Below, in pieces: positions 27,048-37,177 of a DNA stretch of 47,167 nucleotides. The position numbers were made by a program, and so were the translations under genes. The notes beneath the pieces are model-generated. The model made no database searches, was not told the DNA's origin, and worked only from the letters and a program-made list of their open reading frames with translations. Numbering within the stretch: position 1 is the first letter of the stretch; each line of letters begins with the position of its first letter. This stretch comes from an uncultured Pseudomonadota bacterium (GTDB lineage Bacteria > Babelota > Babeliae > Babelales > UASB340), in contig CAYVQB010000006.1 of NCBI GenBank assembly GCA_964453985.1, forward strand, positions 1 to 47,167. Reading direction: 5' to 3'.

Positions 27048-28138
27048 TGAAGATTCTTTTTGTTTCACATCTTGCGATAGGCGATTTTGTTTATTTGCAG
27101 AATTACTTAAAATTGTTTTCTCAAAAGCATCCTAATTTAAAGATAGATTTATTAGTAGATGAAGGGCGCGGCAAGAGTTGGCTGCGCCGTTGGGATAATA
27201 AAAAAAGTAATTATGTTCTTTATGACTGGCTTGAAAGCTGTTCTTTTTTTAATAAAATTTATAACAAAACCGGATCTTGGTGGAGTTTTAAAGAAACTTT
27301 AAGTGAATTAAAAAGTAATAATTATTCAGATATTATTTTGCTTACTGTAATCAGGCAGCACAAATTTATAAAATTGGCGAGAGCGATATCAACTAAAGGT
27401 CTTGTTTCTGGATTCATAAATAATAATTTTAAGTACAATTTTTTAAAGAAATATTATTTCAAAAAACTCGATAAGAGCATAGCATTTAAAGACTTAGGAG
27501 TTTCTCCTGAGGCTCATGTTGCAGATCATAACGCCATGTTTTTCGAGAAGTTTCTGGACCTAAAAACAAGTAAGTCTGAGAGAGTTCCATTTATTGATAT
27601 CCCCAAAGATTGGATTATTTATGGCAAGTTGAAGTTCTTGCAGTGGGATATTAATCTTAATAAAAATAAATATCAAAAAAATATTTTCATTAATTTTACG
27701 GCCAAAAATAAAAAGCGCTGTTGGTCTTTTGAGAAAGCAATAGAGCTTATTGGGAAACTTAAGCAAGATGAAACTTTTTATAATACCAATTTTATTATAA
27801 ATGTTATGCCGGGACACTACAAAACTTTTGATAAAGTTTTGAAAAATTATTCGTTAAACAATATTTTCTTATTTACTGCCACTAATAATTTTTTTCAGCT
27901 TCCCGCTATAATAAGATTATGTGATTTAGTTATTTCTGTAGAGACTGCTATTGGGCACCTTGCTGCGGCTTTGGGTGTGCCTGTAATATCGCTTATGCGA
28001 AAGAAAAATTTAGCCTGGTTGCCTTATGGGGATAATAATATCGTAGTCTCTGTTGATAAACGTTCTGACTGGATAAAAAAAATTAGCGTACAAAAAGTTT
28101 TTTTAGCAACTCAAAACTTTGTCGAAAAAACTTTCTAG
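27047..28138 (+). CDS. glycosyltransferase family 9 (heptosyltransferase-like)
   Basis: MKILFVSHLAIGDFVYLQNYL N-terminus and C-terminal VETAIGHLAAALGVP are GT9-like. The start overlaps the yicC stop (TAATG). Confidence 0.7.
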   Translation: MKILFVSHLAIGDFVYLQNYLKLFSQKHPNLKIDLLVDEGRGKSWLRRWDNKKSNYVLYDWLESCSFFNKIYNKTGSWWSFKETLSELKSNNYSDIILLTVIRQHKFIKLARAISTKGLVSGFINNNFKYNFLKKYYFKKLDKSIAFKDLGVSPEAHVADHNAMFFEKFLDLKTSKSERVPFIDIPKDWIIYGKLKFLQWDINLNKNKYQKNIFINFTAKNKKRCWSFEKAIELIGKLKQDETFYNTNFIINVMPGHYKTFDKVLKNYSLNNIFLFTATNNFFQLPAIIRLCDLVISVETAIGHLAAALGVPVISLMRKKNLAWLPYGDNNIVVSVDKRSDWIKKISVQKVFLATQNFVEKTF

Positions 28139-29352
28139 TTTTTGTATATTAGCTTGTGACGAATAATTTTGTTTTACATGTTCATATGCATTTTGTCCAA
28201 GGGCTTTGCCCAACTCTGGATTGTCTATTAATTTTTCTATTTGTTCGACGAGTTTTTCTAAGTTATCAGATTCAAATAATAGTCCTGTTTTATTGCTTTG
28301 TACGCCCCAGTATTATGTGCACAAATTATTGGTTTTTTAAGTAATGCTGCTTCCATTATTACAATGCCAAAGGCTTCGTTCCTGCTGACAAGAGCTTTTA
28401 TATCAGAATGGAATAAGATTTCAGGAGTTTTGTCTGTTAGGCCTGTAAAATGTATATAGTCTTTTAAATCCAAAGATTTGACCAGCTTTTCTATTTCGTT
28501 TTTTCTATCTCCATCCCCTACTAGCACAACTTGTACAGGCTTGTTTTTTTCGTGTATTAACTTGTGTGCAGCTTTTATTAATAATGGATGGTTTTTATGT
28601 GTTATATCTTTGTACATATTTGCGATCATACAAATTATGGGTAAATCTTTTATTTTTATACCAAACTCTTGTTCAAAGAATACTTTGCGACTATTTTGAG
28701 TTGTAAAATTTAAGAATCTATCTTCTTCAAAGAACGGTGGCATAGATAAGATATGTTTTATTTTTAGATTTTTGTTTTGATTATCTATTTTTAAGTTTTG
28801 GCTGAGTTGGTGATGGACGCAAATGGCCCCATCCAAGCTTATATTATTTAGGTACTTGTATTGGATGTTATTGTGGCTATGATGGGTTAGGATAATTTTT
28901 ACAGGTAATTTGTTTGCAATTTTTTTAGTCGCCCTTAACTCTTTATCTAAGTTGCAATTAATAATCTGAATGTTCTCTTTTTTGCAAATTTTAAATATTG
29001 CACTGTATAGTCCTGGTTGAATTGTGTTTTTAAACTTTATTATCTTATTATATACATGATGAGGAATTTTTAATTGTTTTAATTGTTTTGAAACATCAGA
29101 ATTATTAATTGCTAATAATTGTACATTGTGTCCATTTTTAATGAGATTTTTATATATGGAAATCATGTGTGTGGGGCCTCCACCAAAACCACTTTCTATA
29201 CTATTTATTAATAGAATGTTTTTTTTATTAGTTCTTTGATTGGTGTTTTTATCAAAAGAGATAGTTTCAAAATAGAATAAGCAAGAATATATTTTATATA
29301 TAGTTACTATTGCAATTGTGCTAGTTATTAATAAGATTGCTTGGATAAGCAT
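28103..29352 (-). pseudogene. GT4-type glycosyltransferase with N-terminal TM anchor, frameshifted at a homopolymer
   Basis: The track ORF 28258-29352 ends ...KKPIICAHNTGAYKAIKQDYYLNLIT*. The -1 frame from 28312 to 28103 reads YWGVQSNKTGLLFESDNLEKLVEQIEKLIDNPELGKALGQNAYEHVKQNYSSQANIQKLESFFDKVLSC*. That frame is colinear with the C-terminus of the intact paralogue (KTGLLFEQNNINSLVEKIEKLIDDPEL...). Confidence 0.8.
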
Positions 29353-29354
29353 TT

Positions 29355-30488
29355 TTATTTCTCCAATATTTTTTTATAAAATAATTCTAATTTATTTGTG
29401 CTAGTTTGAGTTGAATAGTTTTGTAAGACTAAGCTTTGTGCTTCTTGCCCATAGCTTTTTATAAGTTCTGGATCATCTATTAATTTTTCTATCTTTTCTA
29501 CAAGGCTATTAATATTATTTTGTTCAAATAATAAGCCTGTTTTTTCATTTATAACAATGCTTGAAAGGTTGGCTGTATCCGCGCCAATAATAGGTTTTTT
29601 TAAGGTTGCTGCTTCAAGAAGAACTATTGGCATGCCTTCTTGTTTGCTGGGTAATATTTTTATGTCTGAGTGATATAAAAGTTCCACTGTTTTATCTGTA
29701 AAACCCAAGAAGTGAACATAGTCTTGAATTTTTAAGTTAATAGCAAGATCTAGTAGATCTTTTTTTAGCGGGCCATCACCTGCCAGCATTAATTGTACGG
29801 GTTTGTTTTTTTTATAAATTAATTCATATAAAGCGTGTAATAGTATTTTATGATTTTTGTTTTTATTCAAGTGTGCAATTGTGCATAGAATTGGTAAGTT
29901 TTTTGTTTTTATTTCAAACTCTTGCTTAAAGAACTCTTGCTTACTTTGTTTCGTGCTAAATTCTAAGAATTTTTTTTCGTTAAAGAATGGAGGAATAAAA
30001 GTTATTTCTTTGATTCTTAGCTTTTCAGTTTCATTCTTGTTTTCAAAATATTCTTTTATTTGTGGGCTAACGCAAATAGTCCCGTCTAGATTTTGTAAAT
30101 ATTTAGATTTTAGTTTTTGTGGTATATGCCGTGTCATTACAACTTTTACTGGAAGTTTTTTAGCAACTTTTTTAGCCGGTTTAACTTCTCTGTGTATGTT
30201 GCAATGTATGATTTGTATGCTATTTTGTTTGCAAATTTTATATATGGCACGATAAAGACCAGGTTGGAATTGATTTTTAAAGATAATAATTTTTTTATAA
30301 GTATAATATGGGATTCCCTCATTCTTTAGCCTTTGGGCCAAGCCAGAGTTTTTCGCGACTAGAAACTTTACGTTATGACCATTTTTAACGAGGTTTTTAT
30401 AAAGTGTTAGCGAGTAAAATTCTGCGCCACCCAAGATCCCATGAGCGCCATTAACGATTAATATGTTTTTACTTGAGTATTTTGTCAT
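29355..30488 (-). CDS. GT4-type glycosyltransferase (intact copy, no TM anchor)
   Basis: 377 aa with GAHGILGGAEFY near the N-terminus and EGMPIVLLEAATLKKPIIG (the E-x7-E region) in the C-terminal domain. Confidence 0.8.
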   Translation of the reverse strand: MTKYSSKNILIVNGAHGILGGAEFYSLTLYKNLVKNGHNVKFLVAKNSGLAQRLKNEGIPYYTYKKIIIFKNQFQPGLYRAIYKICKQNSIQIIHCNIHREVKPAKKVAKKLPVKVVMTRHIPQKLKSKYLQNLDGTICVSPQIKEYFENKNETEKLRIKEITFIPPFFNEKKFLEFSTKQSKQEFFKQEFEIKTKNLPILCTIAHLNKNKNHKILLHALYELIYKKNKPVQLMLAGDGPLKKDLLDLAINLKIQDYVHFLGFTDKTVELLYHSDIKILPSKQEGMPIVLLEAATLKKPIIGADTANLSSIVINEKTGLLFEQNNINSLVEKIEKLIDDPELIKSYGQEAQSLVLQNYSTQTSTNKLELFYKKILEK

Positions 30489-30489
30489 A

Positions 30490-31065
30490 AAATTTTTCTA
30501 TGTTATTTTTTTCTTTTAAATAATCTTTTATTTGTTAACTAACACAAATAACACCATCTAGGTTTTTTAGATATGTTGACCCTATCTCTTGTGGTATATG
30601 CCGCGTCATTACAACTTTTATGGGAAGTTTTCGGGCCACTTTTTTGGCAGGATTAACTTCTCTATGTATATTGCAGTGGACGATTTGAATCTTATCTTGT
30701 TCACAAATTTTATATATAGCTGAATAAAGCCCCGGTTGGATCTGGCTTTTTAGTAGCACAAATTTATTGTAAGTGTAATAAGATATTTTTAATTCTGTTA
30801 GCTTTTTTTCTAGTTCAGAATTTTTTGGAATCAAAAACTTTACGCTGTGTCCATTTTTAACTAAATTATTATAGAGAGTTACGCTGTAAAGCTCTGCTCC
30901 TCCCAATATTCCATGTGCGCTGTTTACTATTAAAATTCGATTTCCAGAACTTTTATTTTGTGTATTAGGGAAAGTTACCTGTTCAAAGTGGTAAACGGTT
31001 TCAACTGTTTTTATTACGGCCAAAGTGCTTAATAGTAAAGCTATTAATAGGTAGGTATATTTCAT
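30490..31065 (-). pseudogene. 5' fragment of a GT4 glycosyltransferase paralogue (TM anchor + N-terminal domain only)
   Basis: The 176-aa ORF is colinear with residues 1-160 of 29355-30488. A TAA replaces the Pro codon (ICVS*QIKDYLKEKNNIEKF versus ICVSPQIKEYFENKNETEKL). Homology then stops at the start codon of the next gene. Confidence 0.75.
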
Positions 31066-31351
31066 ATGTTTTTGGTTTCGTTTTAGAAATTGAACTTTTT
31101 TATTTTATCAGATGGTAGCATATAAAAACTTAAAAGCTAATATTACCAAATTTTAAAATAATAAGTATTGGGTAACTATACTAAATAGTCATAAATTTCT
31201 AAAAATGATTAGTAGGAACTAGTTAGCTATATGCTATGTCTTTTTCTTTTTGTAAAACTTGTCTAAGCTTTTAAAGAATAGTATTATAGTAATCTATTGT
31301 ATTAGTAGTGTTTTTAGAGGTTGTTCTCTTTATTTGGGAAGGGAATTTTAG

Positions 31352-33850
31352 ATGTCGGAAAAAAATAATAATCAAGATTTAAAAGTAGGGTCCAAGGGGA
31401 TCATGCCGCTTTCTGTCGAAAAAGAGTTAAAGACTTCTTTTTTAGACTATGCAATGTCAGTAATTATTAGTCGTGCTCTTCCTGATGTAAGAGATGGTCT
31501 AAAACCTGTGCATCGTAGAATTTTATATGCAATGCACAAGTTAGGTTACTACCATGAAAAACGTTATAGAAAATCGGCAACAGTGGTTGGTGAAGTTATT
31601 GGTCATTATCATCCTCATGGTGATTCTGCAATTTATCAATCTATTGTGGGTTTAACCCAAGGTTTTTCTAAAAGATATCCATTAATTGATGGACAAGGTA
31701 ACTGGGGTTCTATAGATGGTGACAACGCTGCTGCCATGAGATATACAGAGTGTCGTATGGCAAGGATTGCCAGAGAGCTTCTGACTGATATCGAAAAGCA
31801 AACAGTTCGTTTTGTTCCTAACTTTGACGAATCAACAGTGGAACCTTCATTATTGCCAAGTAAAATTCCTAATCTTTTAATTAATGGTTCAACTGGTATT
31901 GCAGTTGGTATGGCAACATCTGTACCACCTCATAATTTGGGTGAAATTATTGATGCCTGTATTGCATTATTAAAAGATCCGAAATTAAGTGAAGAAGAAT
32001 TGTTTAGGTTGGTGCCTGCACCCGACTTTCCTACAGGTGGTACTATTTGTGGAAGAGCTGGAATAGTAAAGGCATACAGGACTGGCCGGGGTAATCTTAT
32101 CTTAAGAGGCGTTGTTAGCGTAGAAGAAGATAAAAAACAAGCAGCTCTTGTTGTATCAGAGATTCCTTATCAGGTAAATAAATCTGATCTTATTAAAAAA
32201 ATAGCTGATTTAGTAAAAAACAAAGTAATTGATGGAATATCTAATATTCGAGATGAATCTGATAAGGGTGGTATTCGTCTTGTTATAGAACTAAAACGTG
32301 GGGAAAATCCTCAAGTTATTTTAAATCAATTATATAAACATACATCTCTACAGACTTCTGTTTCTATATTGTTGTTAGCCTTGTTTCAAAATAGACCAAT
32401 GTTTTTCACTTTACGTGAAATGGTGGATCACTTTTTGGTTCATCGTAAACAGATTATTACAAGACGTACAGAATTTGATGTAGCGAAAAATAAAGATAGA
32501 AAACATATTCTTGAGGGCTTGACTATTGCTCTTGATAATATTGATATGGTTGTAGAGTTAATTAAAAAATCTGCAGATACAGCTTCTGCTTGTGAAGCTC
32601 TTAGTAAGAAATTAAAATTAACTGAAGCTCAAAACAAAGCAATATTAGAAATGCGATTACATCGCTTAACAGGTCTTGAACAAGAAAAGATCAAAAGCGA
32701 AATAAAAGATCTTTTGGGAATTATAGAACAATTAGAACTTATCTTAAAAGATCCTGAAGAGTTAAAGCGAGTTATAGTTGGAGAACTTGAGCTAATTAAA
32801 AAGACCTATGCAGATAAGCGTAGAAGTCAGATTGAGGGTGCAATAGATTCTTTGAGCGAAGCTGACTTAATTCCTGATGAGGATGTTGTTGTAACATTAA
32901 CTCGTAAAGGTTACATTAAGCGAGTTCTTCTTGATACTTATACCGTACAGCACAGAGGTGGTAAAGGTAAAAAGGGAATGACAGATCTTTGTGACTCTGA
33001 TGATGTTGTACAAGATATTTTTATCGCAAGAAACCATGATGATCTTTTATTCTTTACAAATCTAGGTAGAGTGTATGAGTTGCAGGTTTATCAAATTCCA
33101 GAAGGCTCTAGGATTGCAAAGGGTCGTGCTATAGTAAATCTTTTACAGCTTGCCCCAGGTGAGCGTGTTGTAAAACTTCTTTGTGCTAGAGAGCTTAAGG
33201 ATAGGTTTTTGGTAATGGTCACCAAATTTGGAACTATTAAAAAAACTGACGCCATGGCTTTTGCAAAGATTAGAGCAACAGGTATAAGAGCTATAGGTTT
33301 GGCTGAAAAAGATGAGCTTGTTTTCTGTGATTTAAGTTCCGGAATGGATTCAATTGTTATAGCAACAAATGATGGCCAAGGCATAAGGTTTGATGAAAAA
33401 GAGGTCCGATCGATGGGTCGTCAAGCTGGTGGTGTTCGAGGTATTAAGTTGCGCGAAGGTGACTTTGTTGTTGGAATGGAAATAATAAAATCAGAAGATG
33501 ATGCGTTGTTGTTTGCTACTTCCCGTGGCTATGGAAAGCGAGTTAGAACGGGTGACTTTAGAGTTGCGCACCGTGGTGGTGTTGGTGTAAGAACCATCCC
33601 TACTGATAAACGAAACGGTGATGTAATTGGTATTGTTCAGGTTTCTGATAAGTCTAGTATTTTGCTGATCGATTCATTTGGTAAAATAATTAGACTTTCT
33701 CCAAACGAAATAAGAACTATGGGTAGACAAGCTAAAGGCGTAAGGCTTGTTCGCTTGGATAAAAAACAAACTCTTACTTCTATCGCCTCATTTGAAGAAA
33801 CAGAAGAAGTAAAAGAAGAGCAAACAGTAACTGCTGAGAGCGCAGAATAA
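31352..33850 (+). CDS. gyrA: DNA gyrase subunit A
   Basis: AMSVIISRALPDVRDGLKPVHRRILYAM, the QRDR-type HPHGDSAIY, and C-terminal beta-pinwheel repeats. Confidence 0.97.
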   Translation: MSEKNNNQDLKVGSKGIMPLSVEKELKTSFLDYAMSVIISRALPDVRDGLKPVHRRILYAMHKLGYYHEKRYRKSATVVGEVIGHYHPHGDSAIYQSIVGLTQGFSKRYPLIDGQGNWGSIDGDNAAAMRYTECRMARIARELLTDIEKQTVRFVPNFDESTVEPSLLPSKIPNLLINGSTGIAVGMATSVPPHNLGEIIDACIALLKDPKLSEEELFRLVPAPDFPTGGTICGRAGIVKAYRTGRGNLILRGVVSVEEDKKQAALVVSEIPYQVNKSDLIKKIADLVKNKVIDGISNIRDESDKGGIRLVIELKRGENPQVILNQLYKHTSLQTSVSILLLALFQNRPMFFTLREMVDHFLVHRKQIITRRTEFDVAKNKDRKHILEGLTIALDNIDMVVELIKKSADTASACEALSKKLKLTEAQNKAILEMRLHRLTGLEQEKIKSEIKDLLGIIEQLELILKDPEELKRVIVGELELIKKTYADKRRSQIEGAIDSLSEADLIPDEDVVVTLTRKGYIKRVLLDTYTVQHRGGKGKKGMTDLCDSDDVVQDIFIARNHDDLLFFTNLGRVYELQVYQIPEGSRIAKGRAIVNLLQLAPGERVVKLLCARELKDRFLVMVTKFGTIKKTDAMAFAKIRATGIRAIGLAEKDELVFCDLSSGMDSIVIATNDGQGIRFDEKEVRSMGRQAGGVRGIKLREGDFVVGMEIIKSEDDALLFATSRGYGKRVRTGDFRVAHRGGVGVRTIPTDKRNGDVIGIVQVSDKSSILLIDSFGKIIRLSPNEIRTMGRQAKGVRLVRLDKKQTLTSIASFEETEEVKEEQTVTAESAE

Positions 33851-33858
33851 TAACAGCT

Positions 33859-35034
33859 TTGGTGGGGACATTTTTAGTGGATGAAAGCAAAACGGTTTTA
33901 CTACACTTATCTTTGGTTTACGGTGTAGGACCTAGATCTGTTTTAAATATAATTAAGATGTTATATGAGGATTTTTGTACGACTTACAAGAATCCTCATA
34001 TACAAAATCCAGATCTAAATATACAAAAATTATATTCGTATTCTGTTCAGGATTTTGTATGTAAATTTTATTTAAAAGAAAAAGTAGCAAAGCTTTTGGT
34101 TGCTGGTCTTAAAGATAAAAGCAAGCTTGAAAAAGAGTTAGCTCTGATTCAAAAATATAAAATAGATATATATTCTTTTTTGGATTCTGAATATCCAGAC
34201 TGTCTCAAGCAAATTTATAGTCCACCTATTATGCTATATTGCAAGGGTGGTGATCTTGGAGATTTTGAAACGAACTTTGCTGTTATTGGTGCTCGTAAAG
34301 CGGGCGAGTATGCCCAACAAATTATTCATGATATTGTACCAAAGCTTGTGGAAAAAAAATATACAATTGTCAGTGGCGGTGCCATAGGGGCAGATTCAAT
34401 GGCTCATAAGGCGACACTTGATTTTGGAGGTAAGACAATTGTTGTCTTAGGTTCAGGATTACTTGAGCCATATCCAAAAGAGAACAAAGAACTTTTTCGC
34501 CAAGTGCTCCGGTCAGGAGGAACTTTAGTTTCACCTTTTCCTTTACAAGCTCCACCTGAAAGAGGAAACTTTCCTGCACGAAATAGAATTATTGCAGGGC
34601 TAAGTAAGGCTTGTTTGGTTGTACAGGCAGCTAGAAAAAGTGGTGCGTTAATTACTGCGAAGTTTGCTTTAGATGAGGGTCGTACTGTTTTTGCTGTGCC
34701 TGGTTCAGTTTATGATGAGCTAAGTTTAGGATGTCATGAGCTTATTAATCAGGGTGCAAAGCTCGTAAACTCTATAGATGATATTTGTGATGATTTTGGA
34801 GAAAACCAAGTCGTTATTCCTATTATTGTAGAAAAAAAAGAAACTAAAAAAATAAAAAAAATAGAAAAAGTAATAGAAGACCCAATCTTAGGCTTCCTGA
34901 AGGAGCCGTCTTCTATTGATGAATTAAGTGTTAAGACAGGTCTGGATTTGTTTTGTTTGCAAGATAAGTTATTTGATTTACAATTATCTGGAAAAGTGAA
35001 ACAGAACATCGCAGGGCTTTGGGAAAAAGCATAA
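33859..35034 (+). CDS. dprA: DNA processing protein DprA/Smf
   Basis: GARKAGEYA...IVSGGAIGADSMAHKATL...FPARNRIIAGLS Rossmann-like core. Non-ATG start (TTG 33859, or GTG 33862/33877); exact start uncertain. Confidence 0.85.
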   Translation: MVGTFLVDESKTVLLHLSLVYGVGPRSVLNIIKMLYEDFCTTYKNPHIQNPDLNIQKLYSYSVQDFVCKFYLKEKVAKLLVAGLKDKSKLEKELALIQKYKIDIYSFLDSEYPDCLKQIYSPPIMLYCKGGDLGDFETNFAVIGARKAGEYAQQIIHDIVPKLVEKKYTIVSGGAIGADSMAHKATLDFGGKTIVVLGSGLLEPYPKENKELFRQVLRSGGTLVSPFPLQAPPERGNFPARNRIIAGLSKACLVVQAARKSGALITAKFALDEGRTVFAVPGSVYDELSLGCHELINQGAKLVNSIDDICDDFGENQVVIPIIVEKKETKKIKKIEKVIEDPILGFLKEPSSIDELSVKTGLDLFCLQDKLFDLQLSGKVKQNIAGLWEKA

Positions 35035-35062
35035 AAATTATTTTAACTTTAAGGGTATTAAT

Positions 35063-35911
35063 ATGCATAGACATAATAATGATTTTGATGAAACAGTTAA
35101 TTTTATAAAAAGTTTTTTACGATTTCGAGTTTGGGGTCCTATATTATTTTTAATAATAATAGTTGTAGGGTTAATGCAAAGCTTTTATATTGTTGATCCT
35201 GGTTTTGAGGCTGTTCAGGTGAGATTGGGAACCGTTGTTGATTCAATAAAAAGATCAGGTGTGCATTTTAAAGTTCCATTTATAGATGAAGTTTTAAGAT
35301 TCGACGTTAGAATTCGTAAGGCTGATATTGCAACAAATTCTTTATCCAAAGATTTGCAAGGTGTTTCTACTACTATGGTTATTAATTATAAAATTTCTGA
35401 TCTTCCAAGCTTATATCAGGAGATTGGTAGAAGTTACAAAGAGATCATTCTTAATCCCTTCACGCAAGAAAGTGTTAAGGCTATTGTTGCTCAGTATACT
35501 GCTGAAGATTTAATTAAGAACAGGCAAGACGCAAAAGAAAAAGTTCTTGAAGATCTAAAAAAGAGATTATCTTCTAAGTATATTATCTTGGTAGATTTTA
35601 ATTTTACGCACTTGGGTTTTTCAACTGAATTTATAAAGGCTGTAGAAGAAAAACAGATAGCTGAACAAAGTGCCAAGAAAGCTAAAAATTTAACAGAAAA
35701 AATTAAAGAAGAGGCTCTTCAACAAATAACAAGGGCTGATGCAGAGGCTTATTCTTTGAAGGCACAAAGAGAAGTTGTATCTCCTGAGTTAATTCGTCTT
35801 AGGGAAGTTGAAGCCCAAATTAAGGCTATTGATAAATGGAATGGCGTGCTTCCTCGTATAACAGGAAGTTATATTCCAATGTTGCCAATTGCTAGTAACG
35901 ATAAAAAGTAA
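35063..35911 (+). CDS. SPFH/band-7 (prohibitin-like) membrane protein
   Basis: N-terminal TM helix, SPFH core (VDPGFEAVQVRLG..., ...DFNFTHLGFSTEFIKAVEEKQIAEQ) and a coiled-coil tail. Confidence 0.8.
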   Translation: MHRHNNDFDETVNFIKSFLRFRVWGPILFLIIIVVGLMQSFYIVDPGFEAVQVRLGTVVDSIKRSGVHFKVPFIDEVLRFDVRIRKADIATNSLSKDLQGVSTTMVINYKISDLPSLYQEIGRSYKEIILNPFTQESVKAIVAQYTAEDLIKNRQDAKEKVLEDLKKRLSSKYIILVDFNFTHLGFSTEFIKAVEEKQIAEQSAKKAKNLTEKIKEEALQQITRADAEAYSLKAQREVVSPELIRLREVEAQIKAIDKWNGVLPRITGSYIPMLPIASNDKK

Positions 35912-35929
35912 AAACTAAAAAGAGTTATA

Positions 35930-36556
35930 ATGAAAAAAGATATTTTATATTTAGGCTCTCAATCAAAGCCCCGTCAAGATCTAATAAAGTTGGCAGGTAT
36001 TGAATATAAAGTTTTAAAGCATAATAGTGATGAATGTGTTGTTGAAACGGGTTTAAGTTTTTCTGATTATGTTTTGTCTATAGCAAAGCATAAAATGGAA
36101 ATGCTTGAATTACCTGATACAAAAGATTTTAAAGATGGCGATTATATCTTTGTTTTAACTTCAGACACACTTGTGCGATCTGTTAATACAAAACAAGTTT
36201 TGACCAAGCCTGATGATCTTGCTGATGCAAAGCGTATGATTGGGGTTTTAAGGCAAGAGCCTGCCGAAGTTGTCACTGGGTGTTGTATCGAAAAAAAAGT
36301 TTTAAAAAATAATTCTTGGGATATTGAAAAACAGAACTGTTGGGTGAATGATACTGTTGTTGAATTTTGTGTACCTGAAGATATGGTTGATTTATTTTTG
36401 CAAAGAGAGCCGAATGCATTAAGGGCGTCCGGTTCTGCAATCATAGAAAATTATGGTCAAAATTTCTTAAAGAGTGTTAATGGATCTTATACCAGCGTTA
36501 TGGGGTTGCCGCTATTTGAAGTAAGGCAAGCCTTGCGTGATATGGGTTTTGAGTAA
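35930..36556 (+). CDS. maf: Maf-like nucleoside triphosphate pyrophosphatase
   Basis: N-terminal LGSQSKPRQDLIK (the canonical LASxSPRR motif in degenerate form), SDTLV, and C-terminal GSAIIENYGQNFLKSVNGSYTSVMGLPL are Maf family patterns. Confidence 0.8.
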   Translation: MKKDILYLGSQSKPRQDLIKLAGIEYKVLKHNSDECVVETGLSFSDYVLSIAKHKMEMLELPDTKDFKDGDYIFVLTSDTLVRSVNTKQVLTKPDDLADAKRMIGVLRQEPAEVVTGCCIEKKVLKNNSWDIEKQNCWVNDTVVEFCVPEDMVDLFLQREPNALRASGSAIIENYGQNFLKSVNGSYTSVMGLPLFEVRQALRDMGFE

Positions 36557-36574
36557 TTTAGCCCTGTAAGGGCG
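36555..36574. repeat. left copy of a 20-bp inverted repeat (AATTTAGCCCTGTAAGGGCG), overlapping the maf stop codon
   Basis: Its reverse complement CGCCCTTACAGGGCTAAATT matches 37178-37197 at 19 of 20 positions. It contains its own GCCC/GGGC mini-hairpin. Confidence 0.8.
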
Positions 36575-36956
36575 AATCATTTTTTAATTTTAATAATTAT
36601 ATTTAATTCTTTTTGTGATGCGCCCAAGGCGGCCCGACTTCGCATAAAGCTTCGTCGGGCAAGCAATGAGATCGTCACCTCCTCCCCCCCTCATGTCCGC
36701 CGTAGCCTTGGCGAAGGCTGGATGCAACCCGCAAACCAAAGGAGACCTTTGGGATCCCTTTTTTAAATCACGAAATGTTTTGTCTTGGACAACATGCTCC
36801 ATGCCTGTTCGCTTAATCACGCGTCGCCTATTCGGCTTTGCGTGCGCTCCAGCCCCAGTCGCGAAATAAACTTTATTTTTGTCTGATCTCAACTTCAATA
36901 GGGATTTATTAGATATTGTAAGGGCTATTATTATGTTAAGTTTTTTAAGTTTAATT

Positions 36957-37010
36957 GCCCGTGGGAACGGGCCAACATATAGTAGCACAGGGCGTATGCC
37001 CCATGTGCTA
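36957..37010. repeat. double-hairpin repeat module, copy within the long intergenic region
   Basis: GCCCGT-GGGA-ACGGGC, a 10-nt spacer, then TAGCACAGGGC-GTAT-GCCCCATGTGCTA. Confidence 0.7.
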
Positions 37011-37090
37011 TGGCGCATATTTAATTATCGAGTTCGTGTTAATTAAATAAATTTGTAACGTCTGAATTAAAAAAAACATATATATTTATT

Positions 37091-37110
37091 GAGTCGCCCT
37101 TGCCAGGGCT
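37091..37110. repeat. third, degenerate copy of the CGCCCTT..AGGGC hairpin repeat
   Basis: GAGTCGCCCTTGCCAGGGCT compared with the reverse complement of the left copy, GATTCGCCCTTACAGGGCT. Confidence 0.55.
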
Positions 37111-37177
37111 CTGTAATTATTTATCCCGCATTTCCCACAGCTATGGCGAGACGCCTGCGCAATGGGCTAATGCTAAA

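Noticed and set aside
28156-28344. 62-aa plus-strand ORF between the GT9 and GT4 genes
   Set aside because: It lies antisense to the frameshifted C-terminal segment of the GT4 gene, whose homology to the intact paralogue explains this DNA.
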